A stretch of DNA of 64,000 nt from Vicinamibacterales bacterium (GCA_035758845.1 DASTVZ010000172.1:2812-66811), one strand, 5' to 3'; shown: positions 29,257 to 39,506, numbered from the stretch's first letter. The notes: generated by a model from the sequence alone, not told the origin. Numbers and translations: made by a program.

Positions 29257-29345
29257 TGATCGGATCCCGGATCACGCCCTTCGACAAGCTCAGGGCGTCC
29301 CGAGCCTGTCGAGGGACGGACAACGGATCCCGGACCTTGGAGAGG
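29257..29345. repeat. REP-like element: GGATCC words flanking the hairpin CCCTTCGACAAGCTCAGGGC..CCCGAGCCTGTCGAGGG
   Basis: Hairpin core at about 29277-29318 (it translates as PFDKLRASRACRGT in the track ORF). It is flanked by ATCGGATCCCGGATC and CGGATCCCGGACC. Confidence 0.8.
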
Positions 29346-29360
29346 AAGAGACATCGAATC

Positions 29361-30785
29361 ATGCGCAACAAGACTTCATGTGTGGTTGTTATCGTGGCCG
29401 CCATCCTCGCTGTTGCCGGGCCCGCGTCGGCACAACCCACTGGTCCGGGTCCGGTCGGCCCTGGTCCAGTTGGCGCCGGCCCGATCGGGCCCGGTCCGAT
29501 TGGCCCTGGACCGATAGGTCCCGGGCCTGGGCCGATGAGCCTGCCGTCGATTGCCGGTCTCATGGGACCGATGACTATCGACGCGCCAGCGATGCGGCTG
29601 GCGTGGAGCGAGCAGGATCGACAGGACCGCGAGAAGGAGGCCGAGCAGCGTCAGCGCGAGCGTGAGACCCGCGTTTACGAGCAGGCGCGTGACGATATCG
29701 ACGAGGGACGCTACGACCGCGCGATTGCGCGATTCACCGATGTGATCGCGATGAAAGGGCCGCACGCGGATGCGGCGCTGTACTTCAAGGCGTGGGCACA
29801 GAACAAGCTTGGCCAGCGGGCCGAAGCGCTGGCGACGATCGCCACGCTCAACAAAGAGTACCCAAAGAGCCGGTACGTAGCGCAGGCGAAGTCGCTCGAA
29901 ACAGAAGTGCGCAGCAGCAGCGGCCAGTCCGTCCGGCCGGACGACCAAACCGACGACGACACGAAGATGTACGCGCTGAATGGTCTGATGAATGCCGACC
30001 CGGACAAGGCGATTCCGATAGTCGAGCAACTGCTCTCAGGAAATGCCTCGCCGCGGGTCAAGTCGAAGGCGCTGTTCGTACTCGCGCAAAGCGATTCCCC
30101 GCGGGCGCGGGAAGTGTTGAAGAAAGTGGCCATGGGCAATTCGGCGCCCGATCTTCAGAACCGCGCCATCGGCTATCTCGGCACCCACGGAGGACGCGAG
30201 AGCCGCGCACTGCTCGCGGAGATTTACGGGGGGACCCAAGACGTCGACGTCAAACGGCGCATCCTGCGTGCATTCATGGTGGCCGGTGAGCGCGATCGTC
30301 TCTTGAGCGCGGCGCAGACCGAGCAGAACGCAGAGCTTCGTGCCGAAGCCGTCCAGCAGTTGGGCGTCATGGGCGCGCACGACGCGCTGTGGCAGCTCTA
30401 TCAGAAGGAAACTTCTGTCGATGTGAAGAAGCGGATCATTCAGGCGATGTTCGTCGGCGGAGCCGCCGATCGACTGATCGAGCTCGCAAAGACAGAAAAG
30501 ATCCCTGAGCTTCGGCGTGCCGCGATCCGCAATCTTGGCGTCATGGGTTCCAAGAAAACCGGCGACGCGCTCGTCGAGATCTACAACACTGACCGGGATC
30601 CCGAAGTCCGGAAAACCGTCGTCGATGGCCTGTTCGTCCAGGGCAATGGGGCAGGTCTGGTCGCTCTCGCGCGCAAAGAGCAGGACTCGACGATGAAGAA
30701 AGAAATCGTGTCGAAGCTGTCGGTGATGGGCTCGAAGGATCCGCTCGTCACGCAATACATGTTGGAAATCCTCAGCGGAAAGTAG
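29361..30785 (+). CDS. Secreted TPR/HEAT-repeat protein with an N-terminal (GPGPx)n repeat
   Basis: ATG at aa 36 of the track ORF is preceded by GGAGAGGAAG. Signal peptide MRNKTSCVVVIVAAILAVAGPASA. PTGPGPVGPGPVGAGPIGPGPIGPGPIGPGPGP. There are then repeated ..RRAAIRNLGVMG.., ..EVRKTVVDGLF.. HEAT-like units. Confidence 0.8.
   Translation: MRNKTSCVVVIVAAILAVAGPASAQPTGPGPVGPGPVGAGPIGPGPIGPGPIGPGPGPMSLPSIAGLMGPMTIDAPAMRLAWSEQDRQDREKEAEQRQRERETRVYEQARDDIDEGRYDRAIARFTDVIAMKGPHADAALYFKAWAQNKLGQRAEALATIATLNKEYPKSRYVAQAKSLETEVRSSSGQSVRPDDQTDDDTKMYALNGLMNADPDKAIPIVEQLLSGNASPRVKSKALFVLAQSDSPRAREVLKKVAMGNSAPDLQNRAIGYLGTHGGRESRALLAEIYGGTQDVDVKRRILRAFMVAGERDRLLSAAQTEQNAELRAEAVQQLGVMGAHDALWQLYQKETSVDVKKRIIQAMFVGGAADRLIELAKTEKIPELRRAAIRNLGVMGSKKTGDALVEIYNTDRDPEVRKTVVDGLFVQGNGAGLVALARKEQDSTMKKEIVSKLSVMGSKDPLVTQYMLEILSGK
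29436..29531 (+). repeat. In-frame 15-nt tandem repeats encoding (GPGPx)n in the first HEAT-repeat protein
   Basis: PTGPGPVGPGPVGAGPIGPGPIGPGPIGPGPGP. Confidence 0.85.
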
Positions 30786-30795
30786 AGACGCATCA

Positions 30796-31923
30796 ATGTC
30801 AACGCCGTTCAAAGTAATCGTGACGGGACTCGCAGTCGTGGTAGCGGCCGGAACGGCAGTGGCGGCGCAGCAGCCGCGCATCCAGAACGGCGCCGTCACG
30901 ACTCAACCCGCGGGTTCGCCGTTTGTTCAGTCGTTCAGGACCCTTGTGAGCTCGACGGCCGACGTCACATGGATGGGTTACGCCGTCCCGGTCGCGGATG
31001 GTGAACGTGTGATGTGTTGTGTCAACGGCGGCACATCAGTCGTGAACGGCATCGTCACGGACTCCTCGGGTTGCTGTGGCCTGTGCCGGCTGGAGAACTC
31101 GTCGGGAACGACCATGTCGACGCGGTCTCAGCCGGCAACTGCCTCGGGAGTTATCAAGCTCGAAGGCTCGGATCAGATGATCGTGCTGTTCCGCGTTGCC
31201 GATCGCGCCGTCGAGCGGATCCGCGTGTTCTCGGAAGACTGCCAGCTGGATGCCGGTGGACGGCCGGTGCGATGGCTGGAAAACGTGCGGCCCTCCGACA
31301 GCATTGCGCTCCTCGAATCGCTTGTCGGTACGCAACCCCAGGGTGACACGAAGAATCGCGTCACGGACGGCGCGATCACGGCTATCGCGATGCATGGCGA
31401 TCCGGCAGCGGACGCGTCGCTTGAACGGCTGGTCAATCGAACCCAGCCTGACAGCGTGCGCAAGAAGGTGACATTCTGGCTCGGGAACGCGCGCGGCCAG
31501 CGCGGCTACCAAACATTACAGAGAGTGCTGCGCGACGATCCGAGCGTCGAGGTTCGGAAGGGCGCCATCTTTGGATTGACGCAGAGCAAGGTTCCGCAGG
31601 CGGTCGATACCTTGATTGCGACGGCGCGCAACGACGCGGAACCACGACTGAGAAGCGAGGCGCTGTTCTGGCTTGCTCAGAAAGCCGGCGAGAAAGCGTC
31701 GGCGACGATCGTCGATCGAATCGATCAGGATCCCGACACCGAAGTGAAGAAGAAAGCCGTCTTTGCGCTCAGCCAGCTTCCAAAAGACGAGGGCGTGCCA
31801 CTCCTGATCAAGGTCGCGCGAACGAATGCCAATCCGGAAGTCCGCAAACAGGCGATGTTCTGGCTGGGTCAGTCCAAAGATCGACGGGCGACGGACTTCT
31901 TCGCGGAAGTGCTGGGGAAGTGA
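30796..31923 (+). CDS. Secreted protein with a Cys-rich N-terminal domain and C-terminal HEAT repeats
   Basis: Signal peptide MSTPFKVIVTGLAVVVAAGTAVAA. VMCCVNGG...GCCGLCRLE. HEAT units are EVRKGAIFGLTQ, RLRSEALFWLAQ, EVKKKAVFALSQ and EVRKQAMFWLGQ. Confidence 0.8.
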   Translation: MSTPFKVIVTGLAVVVAAGTAVAAQQPRIQNGAVTTQPAGSPFVQSFRTLVSSTADVTWMGYAVPVADGERVMCCVNGGTSVVNGIVTDSSGCCGLCRLENSSGTTMSTRSQPATASGVIKLEGSDQMIVLFRVADRAVERIRVFSEDCQLDAGGRPVRWLENVRPSDSIALLESLVGTQPQGDTKNRVTDGAITAIAMHGDPAADASLERLVNRTQPDSVRKKVTFWLGNARGQRGYQTLQRVLRDDPSVEVRKGAIFGLTQSKVPQAVDTLIATARNDAEPRLRSEALFWLAQKAGEKASATIVDRIDQDPDTEVKKKAVFALSQLPKDEGVPLLIKVARTNANPEVRKQAMFWLGQSKDRRATDFFAEVLGK

Positions 31924-31971
31924 ACGTATCGGGATCCGGTGTCCGGGATCCGTGGTCCGTTCACCTTGTAG
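31924..31971. repeat. GGATCC-word element (short) preceding the terminator hairpin
   Basis: TATCGGGATCCGGTGTCCGGGATCCGTGGTCCG. Confidence 0.65.
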
Positions 31972-31993
31972 GGCGGGGTCTTTAGACCCCGCC
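31972..31993. terminator. GC-rich hairpin GGCGGGGTC-TTTA-GACCCCGCC between convergent genes (bidirectional terminator candidate)
   Basis: Perfect 9-bp stem with a 4-nt loop. It lies 49 nt after the HEAT-gene stop and abuts the yqgE/algH stop. Confidence 0.5.
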
Positions 31994-32542
31994 TCAATGC
32001 ACTCCGTGGCTCGTCTGAAGCGCCGACGGGTCCGCGCCAAGTTTTCGAATCGCCGTCTCCCACATCTGCGACGGGTCGGTATCGAACACCAGGCTCACGT
32101 CGACGTCGCACATCAACCACGCGGACTGCGACAACTCGTGATCGAGTTGTCCCGGTCCCCATCCGGCGTAACCGGCGAGCACCAGCGCACGCGGCGCAGG
32201 ACGCGTCTCCAGGACGCGGCGAAGCAGAATTGGTGAGGTTGAAAGAAACAGGCCCGGGACGATGGTGCGATGCTCGACATCAGCCGGTTCCTCTCCACTG
32301 AGGATCCAGCCTCGATCCGGCTCGACCGGTCCGCCGGTGTGTAGAAGCAAATCATTTCCATTCTCGACTGGCGGATCGAGCCGCACCATTCCCGTGGCGG
32401 CCTCTTCGGTTGGTCGATTCAACACGAGCCCGAATGCCCCCTCAGGGACGAAATCGCACAGCAGCACGACGGTCTTCGCGAAGTTCGGGTCCTGCAACTG
32501 CGGCATGGACAAGAGCAGCGTGGGCTGAAACCGTTCCGTCAT
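31994..32542 (-). CDS. YqgE/AlgH family protein (UPF0301)
   Basis: LLLSMPQLQDPNFAKTVVLLCDF.PEGAFGLVLNRP. Confidence 0.85.
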   Translation of the reverse strand: MTERFQPTLLLSMPQLQDPNFAKTVVLLCDFVPEGAFGLVLNRPTEEAATGMVRLDPPVENGNDLLLHTGGPVEPDRGWILSGEEPADVEHRTIVPGLFLSTSPILLRRVLETRPAPRALVLAGYAGWGPGQLDHELSQSAWLMCDVDVSLVFDTDPSQMWETAIRKLGADPSALQTSHGVH

Positions 32543-32630
32543 AGCACTATTGTCTCGCGATCTGGCCTTCGGTGCAGCTGGGCCTTCGCCGCGCAGGCGG
32601 CAAAGGGAATTTCTGTGGCGAGACTCTCTG

Positions 32631-33320
32631 TTATCTCGCGTGTGCTCTGTTGGCTGGCTTCCGCGGCCGCATCTCCCGCGCGAGCTTCTTCAGGTCAGCT
32701 ACGAAGCGCTCCATCTCTGCCCGGCGCGACTCATCGTCCGTGGCGCGAAGAATGGATGAGGGATGAACCGTCGCCATCACGAGCGGGGCAAGCGAAGACT
32801 CGACGAATTCGCCGCGTTGCTTGGACACCTTGAAACTCTTTCCGAGCAGCGCCTGTGCCGCCGTCGCACCGAGGCAAACAAGCGCTTGGGGACGTACGAG
32901 CGCGATCTCGGTCTCGAGCCATGGCCGGCACGCGCTGATTTCAGCGGCATTGGGCTTGGCGTGTATCCGCCGCTTCCCGCGCGGTTCCCATTTGAAGTGT
33001 TTCACGACGTTCGTCACGTAGACAGATTCCCGATCGATGCCTGCCTCTTCGAGCGCGCGATCGAGCAGCTTTCCTGCCGGTCCGACGAAGGGATGACCGG
33101 CGAGATCCTCCGCGTCGCCAGGCTGCTCGCCGACGAGCATCAGGCGAGCCCCTCCCGGGCCTTCGCCGAAGACCGTCTGTGTTCCGCGCTTGTACAAGTC
33201 GCACGCCTTACAGCCGGCGGCAGTTTCAGCGACACTCTCTAATGTTGGCCGGTCAGGGATCAGGTTGGGCACCGGCTCGCCCGGTTTGGGCACCGATGAT
33301 GGCCCGCGCCTCTTAGCCAT
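32631..33320 (-). CDS. udgX: Family-4-like uracil-DNA glycosylase of the UdgX type (KRRIH loop)
   Basis: ATG at aa 38 of the track ORF. CKACDLY..TVFGEGPGGARLMLVGEQPG, HPFVGPAGKLL, VVKHFKWEPRGKRRIHAKP and VHPSSILR. Confidence 0.75.
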   Translation of the reverse strand: MAKRRGPSSVPKPGEPVPNLIPDRPTLESVAETAAGCKACDLYKRGTQTVFGEGPGGARLMLVGEQPGDAEDLAGHPFVGPAGKLLDRALEEAGIDRESVYVTNVVKHFKWEPRGKRRIHAKPNAAEISACRPWLETEIALVRPQALVCLGATAAQALLGKSFKVSKQRGEFVESSLAPLVMATVHPSSILRATDDESRRAEMERFVADLKKLAREMRPRKPANRAHAR

Positions 33321-34380
33321 TGAGTTTGTCGACAGCCCACGCGACGTGTTCCGCGACGAGCGGATCCCGGGCGGTTTCCTCGCGACTCGCAACAAGCGCG
33401 GCGGCTGCCACGGGATCGGCACTGTTTCCAAGCGCGACCGCGAGGTTGCGCCGTAACCGTTTCACACCCGCGCGTTTCATCGCGCTCCCCTTCAACAACG
33501 CCCGCAGCTCATCGTCCGATCGGTTCCACAAGTCGAGAAGTCCGGCGGCATCGAGACCTGGACGCGGTTGCCACTCCTGATCGGTGCTCTTTCCGATTCC
33601 AGGAGCGATGTTCCACGGACAGACTTCCTGGCAGATGTCGCACCCGTATGCGTGCTTGCCCACTGCCCCGCGGTGTTCGACAGGAATCGCACCCTTCAAC
33701 TCAATCGTGAGGTACGAGAGACAGCGAGTGGCATCGAGTACGCCGGGGTCGACGAGCGCACCAGTCGGACACGCGTCCAGGCATCGCGCACACGAGCCGC
33801 ATTGATCGAATGCCGGCGCGTCAGGTTCAAGCGGCAGGCTGCAGATGATCTCGGACAGAAAAATCCAGGAGCCGAGATCTTCGTTGATGAGGCAGGTGTT
33901 CTTTCCGATCCATCCAAGTCCTGCATACTGCGCGTAGACGCGTTCCAGGACCGGTCCGGTGTCGACATACGCGCGCGCTTCGAACTCTTCATTCGAGATC
34001 TCCCGGAGACGCGCAATCAACTGTGCCAGTCGTTTTTCAATGACGACGTGGTAGTCGTCGCCCCATGCGTAACGTGCGATCGCGGCTCGTGTCGAGTCAC
34101 CATCTTGATTGGAGTACGGACGATCGGTGTTGTAGACGATCCCGAGCGAGATCACGCACTGTGCAGAAGGCATCACCGCACGGACATCGGCGCGGCGGTC
34201 GGCGGTTCGATGCATGTAATGCATCTCCCCCGCATAACCGCGTGCCAGCCACTGGTGCAGAAAGGTCAGTTCCCGATGACTCTGCACCGGCGCGATGCCA
34301 CAGAGGTCAAATCCAGCGGCGGTGGCCTCCGACTTGACGTCTGCCGGCGTCAACCTCCGCGCACCCTCGACAGACTCCAT
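33313..34380 (-). CDS. queG: Epoxyqueuosine reductase
   Basis: The ATG at aa 181 of the track ORF gives a 355-aa protein. YAGEMHYM, ARYAWGDDYH, GLGWIGKNTCLI, CGSCARCLDACPTGA and CDICQEVCPWN (two 4Fe-4S motifs). The upstream part of the track ORF overlaps acnA. Confidence 0.9.
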   Translation of the reverse strand: MESVEGARRLTPADVKSEATAAGFDLCGIAPVQSHRELTFLHQWLARGYAGEMHYMHRTADRRADVRAVMPSAQCVISLGIVYNTDRPYSNQDGDSTRAAIARYAWGDDYHVVIEKRLAQLIARLREISNEEFEARAYVDTGPVLERVYAQYAGLGWIGKNTCLINEDLGSWIFLSEIICSLPLEPDAPAFDQCGSCARCLDACPTGALVDPGVLDATRCLSYLTIELKGAIPVEHRGAVGKHAYGCDICQEVCPWNIAPGIGKSTDQEWQPRPGLDAAGLLDLWNRSDDELRALLKGSAMKRAGVKRLRRNLAVALGNSADPVAAAALVASREETARDPLVAEHVAWAVDKLNG

Positions 34381-34448
34381 CGGATCGATTATAGGCAAGA
34401 GGACTGTGTTAAAGTTCGTCGCGCCTGCCGGAGTCTGTACTTCAGCAA

Positions 34449-37190
34449 CTAAGCTTTCACCAGCTGCCTCACCACATACGGCAGAATGCCGCCGTTGCGG
34501 AATGCGACGAGCTCTTCGGGGGTATCGATACGTGCCGTGGCGGTGATGTCCTGAATGGAGCCGTCGGAACACGTCACGCGCACGGTCACCACGCCACGCG
34601 GTGTCAGCGTCGCGCCCATGCCGAGCACATCGAAACGCTCGCGGCCGGTGATCTTCAGCGACGCCGCGTTCTCGCCGGTACGGAACTCGAGCGGCAGCAC
34701 GCCCATGTTCACGAGATTGCTCCGATGGATACGCTCGAAGCTTTCGGCGATGACGGCCTTGACGCCGAGCAGCACTGTGCCCTTCGCGGCCCAATCGCGC
34801 GATGAGCCTGAACCGTACTCCTTGCCGGCGATGACGATGAGCGGCACCGTCGCGGCACGGTAACGGACCGAAGCGTCGTAGATCGTCATGACCTCGCCAT
34901 CCGGCAGCAGCGTCGTCCATCCGCCCTCTGTGCCTGGGGCGAGCTGATTGCGCAGCCGGATATTCGCGAACGTACCTCGCATCATGACTTCATGATTGCC
35001 GCGGCGCGCGCCGTACGAGTTGAAGTCAGCCGGCCTTACACCTTTCGAGATCAGATACTTGCCCGCGGGACTGTCGACAGGGATTGATCCTGCCGGCGAA
35101 ATGTGATCGGTGGTGACGCTATCGCCAAGAACCGCGAGCGCGCGCGCGCCGACGATGTCGGATGGCGGCGTCGGTTCGAGCGTGAAGTTCTCGAAGAACG
35201 GCGGATTCCGGATGTAAGTGGAGGTGTCGTCCCACGCGAACCGCTCGCCCGTGGGGCTGGGCAACGAACGCCAACGTTCATCCCCGTCGAACACCGTCGC
35301 ATATTTAGCGCGAAACATTTCCGACTTCACCGCCTTGAGCATCGTTTCCTGGATCTCGCGCTCAGGTGGCCAGATGTCTTTGAGGTAGACCGATTGACCC
35401 GCCGGATCGGTTCCAAGAGGCTCGCTCGTCAAATCGATCTGCATGCGGCCGGCGAGTGCGTAGGCGACGACCAGCGGAGGTGACGCGAGATAATTCGCCC
35501 GCACCTGCGACTGAATTCGCCCCTCGAAGTTGCGATTGCCACTCAGCACCGACGCGACGATCAGGTTTCGATCCTTGACGACGCTCGAAACCGGTTCGGG
35601 AAGCGGACCGCTGTTGCCGATGCAAGTCGTGCACCCGTAGCCAACGATGTTGAAGCCGAGCTCGGCGAGGTATTCGAGGAGTCCTGATGCTTTGTAATAC
35701 TCGGTGACAATGAGCGACCCGGGGGCCAAACTGGTTTTCACCCACGGCTTCACCTTCAACCCGCGCTTGACCGCATTACGCGCGAGCAAGCCGGCGCCAA
35801 TCATGACGCTCGGGTTCGACGTATTGGTGCAGCTCGTAATCGCCGCGACGACCACCGATCCGTGGTCGAGTCCCTCCATGCCCGGAACGACTTCCGTCGC
35901 CACCGCGGCCGCTGCCGGCTGCGCCGCGGGAGAACCGGTCTCTCCGGGCTTCTCCGGCGCGGCTTTCGGCCTGCGCTCGGTCAACATGACATCGAGCGCC
36001 TGCTGGAATTTGTACTTCGACTGCCGCAACGACACGCGATCCTGCGGTCGCTTCGGTCCGGCGAGGCTCGGTTCGACGGTTGAAAGATCCAGTTCCAGCG
36101 TTGATGTGTAAACGGGATCGACCGAATGCCCCGTTCGGAACAGGCCCTGTTCCTTCGCATACGCCTCGACCAGCTGCACCTGCGTCTCGTCGCGGCCGGT
36201 GAGACGCAAATAGTCGAGCGTCATCTCGTCGATTGGACAAATCGCGATCGTCGCCCCGTACTCCGGCGACATGTTCCCCAGCGTCGCGCGATCGGCAATC
36301 GTCAGGAACTCGAGACCTGGGCCGTAGAACTCGACGAACTTGCCGACAACGCCGAATTTCCGGAGACGCTCGGTGATGGTGAGAACGAGGTCGGTCGCGG
36401 TCGCACCCTCGGGCAGACGATCGACGAGCCGGAATCCGACGACATCCGGGATCAGCATCGAAATTGGCTGGCCGAGCATGGCGGCCTCTGCCTCGATACC
36501 TCCCACACCCCATCCCACGACACCCAGGCCATTGACCATCGTCGTGTGCGAGTCGGTTCCGACGAGCGTGTCGGGATACGCGAGCGCCGTGCCTCCAGAC
36601 AGCTCCTTGAAGACGACGCGTGCGAGGTACTCGAGGTTGACCTGGTGAACGATTCCAGTGTCGGGCGGCACGACACGGAAATTCTTGAATGCTTCCTGGC
36701 CCCAGCGAAGAAATGTGTACCGCTCCTTGTTGCGTGCGAACTCCAGCGACGCGTTGAGATCCGCCGCGTTTCTCTCCGAATAGTGATCGACCTGCACGGA
36801 GTGATCGATCACGAGTTCGACCGGCTGCAGCGGGTTGACCTTCTTCGGATCGCCGCCAAGCCGGACGATGCCGTCGCGCATCGCCGCGAGATCGACGACG
36901 GCGGGCACGCCGGTGAAGTCCTGCAACAGCACACGGGCGGGCGTGAACGCAATCTCTTTCTGCTCACCCGATGCGACGTTCCACCCCGCGAGTGTCTGAA
37001 TGTGATCGGCGTGAACGAATCGGCCGTCCTCGCATCGCAAAAGATTCTCGAGCAAGATCTTGAGCGAATACGGCAACCGTGCGACCCCGCCGTATCCGGC
37101 GCGTTCGAGTGCCGGGAGACTGAAAAAATCGAAAGCCGAACCACCGGCCGAGAGCCGGGTCCGCGTGATGAACGAATTCTGGGAGGCCAT
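34449..37190 (-). CDS. acnA: Aconitate hydratase A
   Basis: From the internal ATG (aa 34): [23 protein letters not shown]...[42 protein letters not shown] and [16 protein letters not shown]. About 913 aa. Confidence 0.95.
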   Translation of the reverse strand: MASQNSFITRTRLSAGGSAFDFFSLPALERAGYGGVARLPYSLKILLENLLRCEDGRFVHADHIQTLAGWNVASGEQKEIAFTPARVLLQDFTGVPAVVDLAAMRDGIVRLGGDPKKVNPLQPVELVIDHSVQVDHYSERNAADLNASLEFARNKERYTFLRWGQEAFKNFRVVPPDTGIVHQVNLEYLARVVFKELSGGTALAYPDTLVGTDSHTTMVNGLGVVGWGVGGIEAEAAMLGQPISMLIPDVVGFRLVDRLPEGATATDLVLTITERLRKFGVVGKFVEFYGPGLEFLTIADRATLGNMSPEYGATIAICPIDEMTLDYLRLTGRDETQVQLVEAYAKEQGLFRTGHSVDPVYTSTLELDLSTVEPSLAGPKRPQDRVSLRQSKYKFQQALDVMLTERRPKAAPEKPGETGSPAAQPAAAAVATEVVPGMEGLDHGSVVVAAITSCTNTSNPSVMIGAGLLARNAVKRGLKVKPWVKTSLAPGSLIVTEYYKASGLLEYLAELGFNIVGYGCTTCIGNSGPLPEPVSSVVKDRNLIVASVLSGNRNFEGRIQSQVRANYLASPPLVVAYALAGRMQIDLTSEPLGTDPAGQSVYLKDIWPPEREIQETMLKAVKSEMFRAKYATVFDGDERWRSLPSPTGERFAWDDTSTYIRNPPFFENFTLEPTPPSDIVGARALAVLGDSVTTDHISPAGSIPVDSPAGKYLISKGVRPADFNSYGARRGNHEVMMRGTFANIRLRNQLAPGTEGGWTTLLPDGEVMTIYDASVRYRAATVPLIVIAGKEYGSGSSRDWAAKGTVLLGVKAVIAESFERIHRSNLVNMGVLPLEFRTGENAASLKITGRERFDVLGMGATLTPRGVVTVRVTCSDGSIQDITATARIDTPEELVAFRNGGILPYVVRQLVKA

Positions 37191-37230
37191 CACCTGATCA
37201 TCCTCCAGCCTGCGCGGGGAGTGCAACTCT

Positions 37231-38766
37231 TCAACGATCGCGACGTAGAAATTCTCTCGCCACGTCAGCCGCATCGCGATGATCCGCATCGACCGCGCGA
37301 TTCATGCGTCGCATATCGGCGACGCTGATGTGGCCTGACAGACCGGCCAGTGCATTTTTCACCTCCGGGCGCGCGAGCAGCACTGACGATCGCGCGACCA
37401 CTGCGGCATCGTACGGAGGAAAGTAGTGGCGGTCATCCTCGAGCATCGTGAAGCCGTAGGCATCGATCAGACCACTGGTCGCGTCGCCGGCAATCAGATC
37501 CACCTGCCGTTCCGCGAGGGCGCGGTAGATCAGTGAAAGATCCATGGCGGTCGGCGGTCGCGCAAAGTGCAGCCCGTAGGTTCGCGCCAGCCCAGGATAG
37601 CCGTCCTGACGCTCGAGGAACTCGTACCCGAACCCGGCGCGCCACGAGGGCGCAAACGCCGCAGCCTGGGACAGATTGCGCACGCCCAAACGGCTGGCGT
37701 CATCCCCGCGGATCAACATCGCGAACGTGTTCTCGAATCCCAGCGGATCCAGCAACGCGAGCCCGCCGGCCGCGTATCGCGCCTTGACCGCCTCGAACAC
37801 GCGGCGAGAATCGGTGTCGACCGGCAGATGAAAGATCGCCGTCTGTGCCGTGCCCGTGTATTCGACATACGCGTCGATGTCGCCGGAACGCACGGCGCGA
37901 TCGCAGATGAACGTGCCCCCCAGGTTCAGCCGGCGTTCGACTCGCAATCCGGTACGGCTTTCGATCGTCTGCGCCACGATCTCGCCGAGGATGATCTGTT
38001 CGGTGAAGTTCTTCGACCCGATGCGAATGACGTCGTTGGATCGTCGCGCCGATATCGCGAGTACGCCGGCGGTTGCCGCCACCAGCAGAATCATTACCGC
38101 TGCTGCCGCGCGCAGCCGTCGGCGATGGGCGCCGCGGAAATCCTTCAACCCTCGTTCGACCAGCGTCAATGCGCCATCGATCGTGAGGGCGAGCAGCGCC
38201 GAAGGAATGGCTCCCGCAAGAATGACGGTGGAGTCGACCATCGACAAGCCGCGAAAGATATATTCACCGAACCCTCCGGCTCCGACGGCTGCGGCGATGG
38301 TTGCCGTTCCTACGCCGATGACCGCCGCGACGCGGATGCCGGCAACGATTGACGGTAATGCCAGCGGCAGTTCGACTCGCCGCATCAACTGCCCCGGCGT
38401 CATTCCCATTGCCGTGCCCGCTTCGATCAGCACACGATCGATGGATCTGAGACCGGCGGTGGTCGTCCGGACAATTGGCAAGAGCGCGTAGAGAATCAAA
38501 ACGAAGATCGCGACGCGGGCCCCAAGGCCGCCGATAAGCGGAAGCGGCAACAAAAAGCCGAACATCGCCAGGCTCGGAATCGTCTGCACGACGTTGGCAA
38601 GCCAGACGATTGGTGCGCCGATACGGGGCCGGCGTGCGGCAAGCACTCCAACGGGAACGCCGACTGCAATCGCGACCAGCGTCGACGCGCAAACGAGCAC
38701 CACGTGCTGACCAAGCAACGTGAAAAACTCGTTCGCATGCGTGCGCCAGAACTGGAACAAGGTCAT
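37231..38766 (-). CDS. Osmoprotectant (glycine betaine/choline-type) ABC transporter, fused permease + substrate-binding domain
   Basis: The N-terminal ~210 aa are a BPD-type permease (multi-TM). An extra TM ([19 protein letters not shown]) follows, then an OpuAC-like periplasmic binding domain ([17 protein letters not shown]..., [10 protein letters not shown]). Confidence 0.8.
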   Translation of the reverse strand: MTLFQFWRTHANEFFTLLGQHVVLVCASTLVAIAVGVPVGVLAARRPRIGAPIVWLANVVQTIPSLAMFGFLLPLPLIGGLGARVAIFVLILYALLPIVRTTTAGLRSIDRVLIEAGTAMGMTPGQLMRRVELPLALPSIVAGIRVAAVIGVGTATIAAAVGAGGFGEYIFRGLSMVDSTVILAGAIPSALLALTIDGALTLVERGLKDFRGAHRRRLRAAAAVMILLVAATAGVLAISARRSNDVIRIGSKNFTEQIILGEIVAQTIESRTGLRVERRLNLGGTFICDRAVRSGDIDAYVEYTGTAQTAIFHLPVDTDSRRVFEAVKARYAAGGLALLDPLGFENTFAMLIRGDDASRLGVRNLSQAAAFAPSWRAGFGYEFLERQDGYPGLARTYGLHFARPPTAMDLSLIYRALAERQVDLIAGDATSGLIDAYGFTMLEDDRHYFPPYDAAVVARSSVLLARPEVKNALAGLSGHISVADMRRMNRAVDADHRDAADVAREFLRRDR

Positions 38767-39506
38767 GGGCGCGGGCCCAACACTGCGGCCGCTTCAATAA
38801 GCGGCTCGAGAAGCGGACGGACGCGAGCATCATTCGATCGCGCCACGGATGCGGGTTCCCCGACGACCGCCAGCACACCATCGGCCAACACGCCAACGTG
38901 CGTCGCGAGCGCAAACGCTTCGGCCATGTCGTGCGTGACCAGGACCACCGTCTTCCGCACCCGCTCCTGAATCCGGCGAAACTCGCGGTGAATCTCTGCT
39001 CGCGTCACCGGATCGAGGGCGCCAAACGGCTCGTCCATCAAAAGAATGGGTGGATCAGCGGCGAGGGCTCGCGCGACTCCCACTCGTTGCCGCTGACCGC
39101 CCGACAACTGATCAGGACGCCGGCCGGCGTAATCTTTTGGGTCGAGCCCGACCAGTTCGAGGAGCTCTGTGACGCGCCGATCGACTCGTGCGTCATCCCA
39201 GCCCAGCAGCCGGGGGACCGTCGCGATGTTCTCTCCAATGGTCAGGTGTGGGAAAAGGCCTACCTCCTGCATCACATAGCCAGCTCGTCGCCTGAGCTCA
39301 AACCGATCCCACGCGGGCGTCGGCCGCGATTCAACCATCACCTCACCCGAGTCCGGAACGAGGAGCCGATTGATCAGTTTCAGGATCGTGCTCTTGCCTG
39401 CCCCGCTTCGCCCGACGAGAGCGAGCGTGTCCCCGGCGGCGATCTCGAGCGAGAACCCGCGAAGCACCGGTTGCACGCCTCGCGAGAAATGGACATCGCG
39501 GAACAT
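38763..39506 (-). CDS. ABC transporter ATP-binding protein of the osmoprotectant system (no CBS domains)
   Basis: MFRDVHFSRG..LALVGRSGAGKSTILKLINRL, LSGGQRQRVGVARALA and ILLMDEPFGALD. The start was chosen at the internal ATG (aa 30 of the track ORF). A 4-nt overlap joins it to the permease gene. Confidence 0.85.
   Translation of the reverse strand: MFRDVHFSRGVQPVLRGFSLEIAAGDTLALVGRSGAGKSTILKLINRLLVPDSGEVMVESRPTPAWDRFELRRRAGYVMQEVGLFPHLTIGENIATVPRLLGWDDARVDRRVTELLELVGLDPKDYAGRRPDQLSGGQRQRVGVARALAADPPILLMDEPFGALDPVTRAEIHREFRRIQERVRKTVVLVTHDMAEAFALATHVGVLADGVLAVVGEPASVARSNDARVRPLLEPLIEAAAVLGPRP

Noticed and set aside
29436-29531. Collagen-like triple-helix domain in the HEAT-repeat protein
   Set aside because: The repeat is GPGPx (a 5-residue period), not Gly-X-Y. 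It is more likely a flexible Pro/Gly linker.
34381-34920. 180-aa N-terminal extension of the queG track ORF
   Set aside because: The extension is Arg/His-rich and overlaps the 3' end of acnA. The conserved QueG sequence begins at the internal Met (MESVEG...). Similar spurious upstream extensions were trimmed for the ORFs at 22965-24206, 52610-54463, 57201-58211, 57875-59638, 60760-61599, 11065-11985, 42493-43713 and 55866-56261.
36126-37328. 400-aa plus-strand ORF opposite acnA
   Set aside because: An antisense shadow ORF. acnA on the minus strand is unambiguous.
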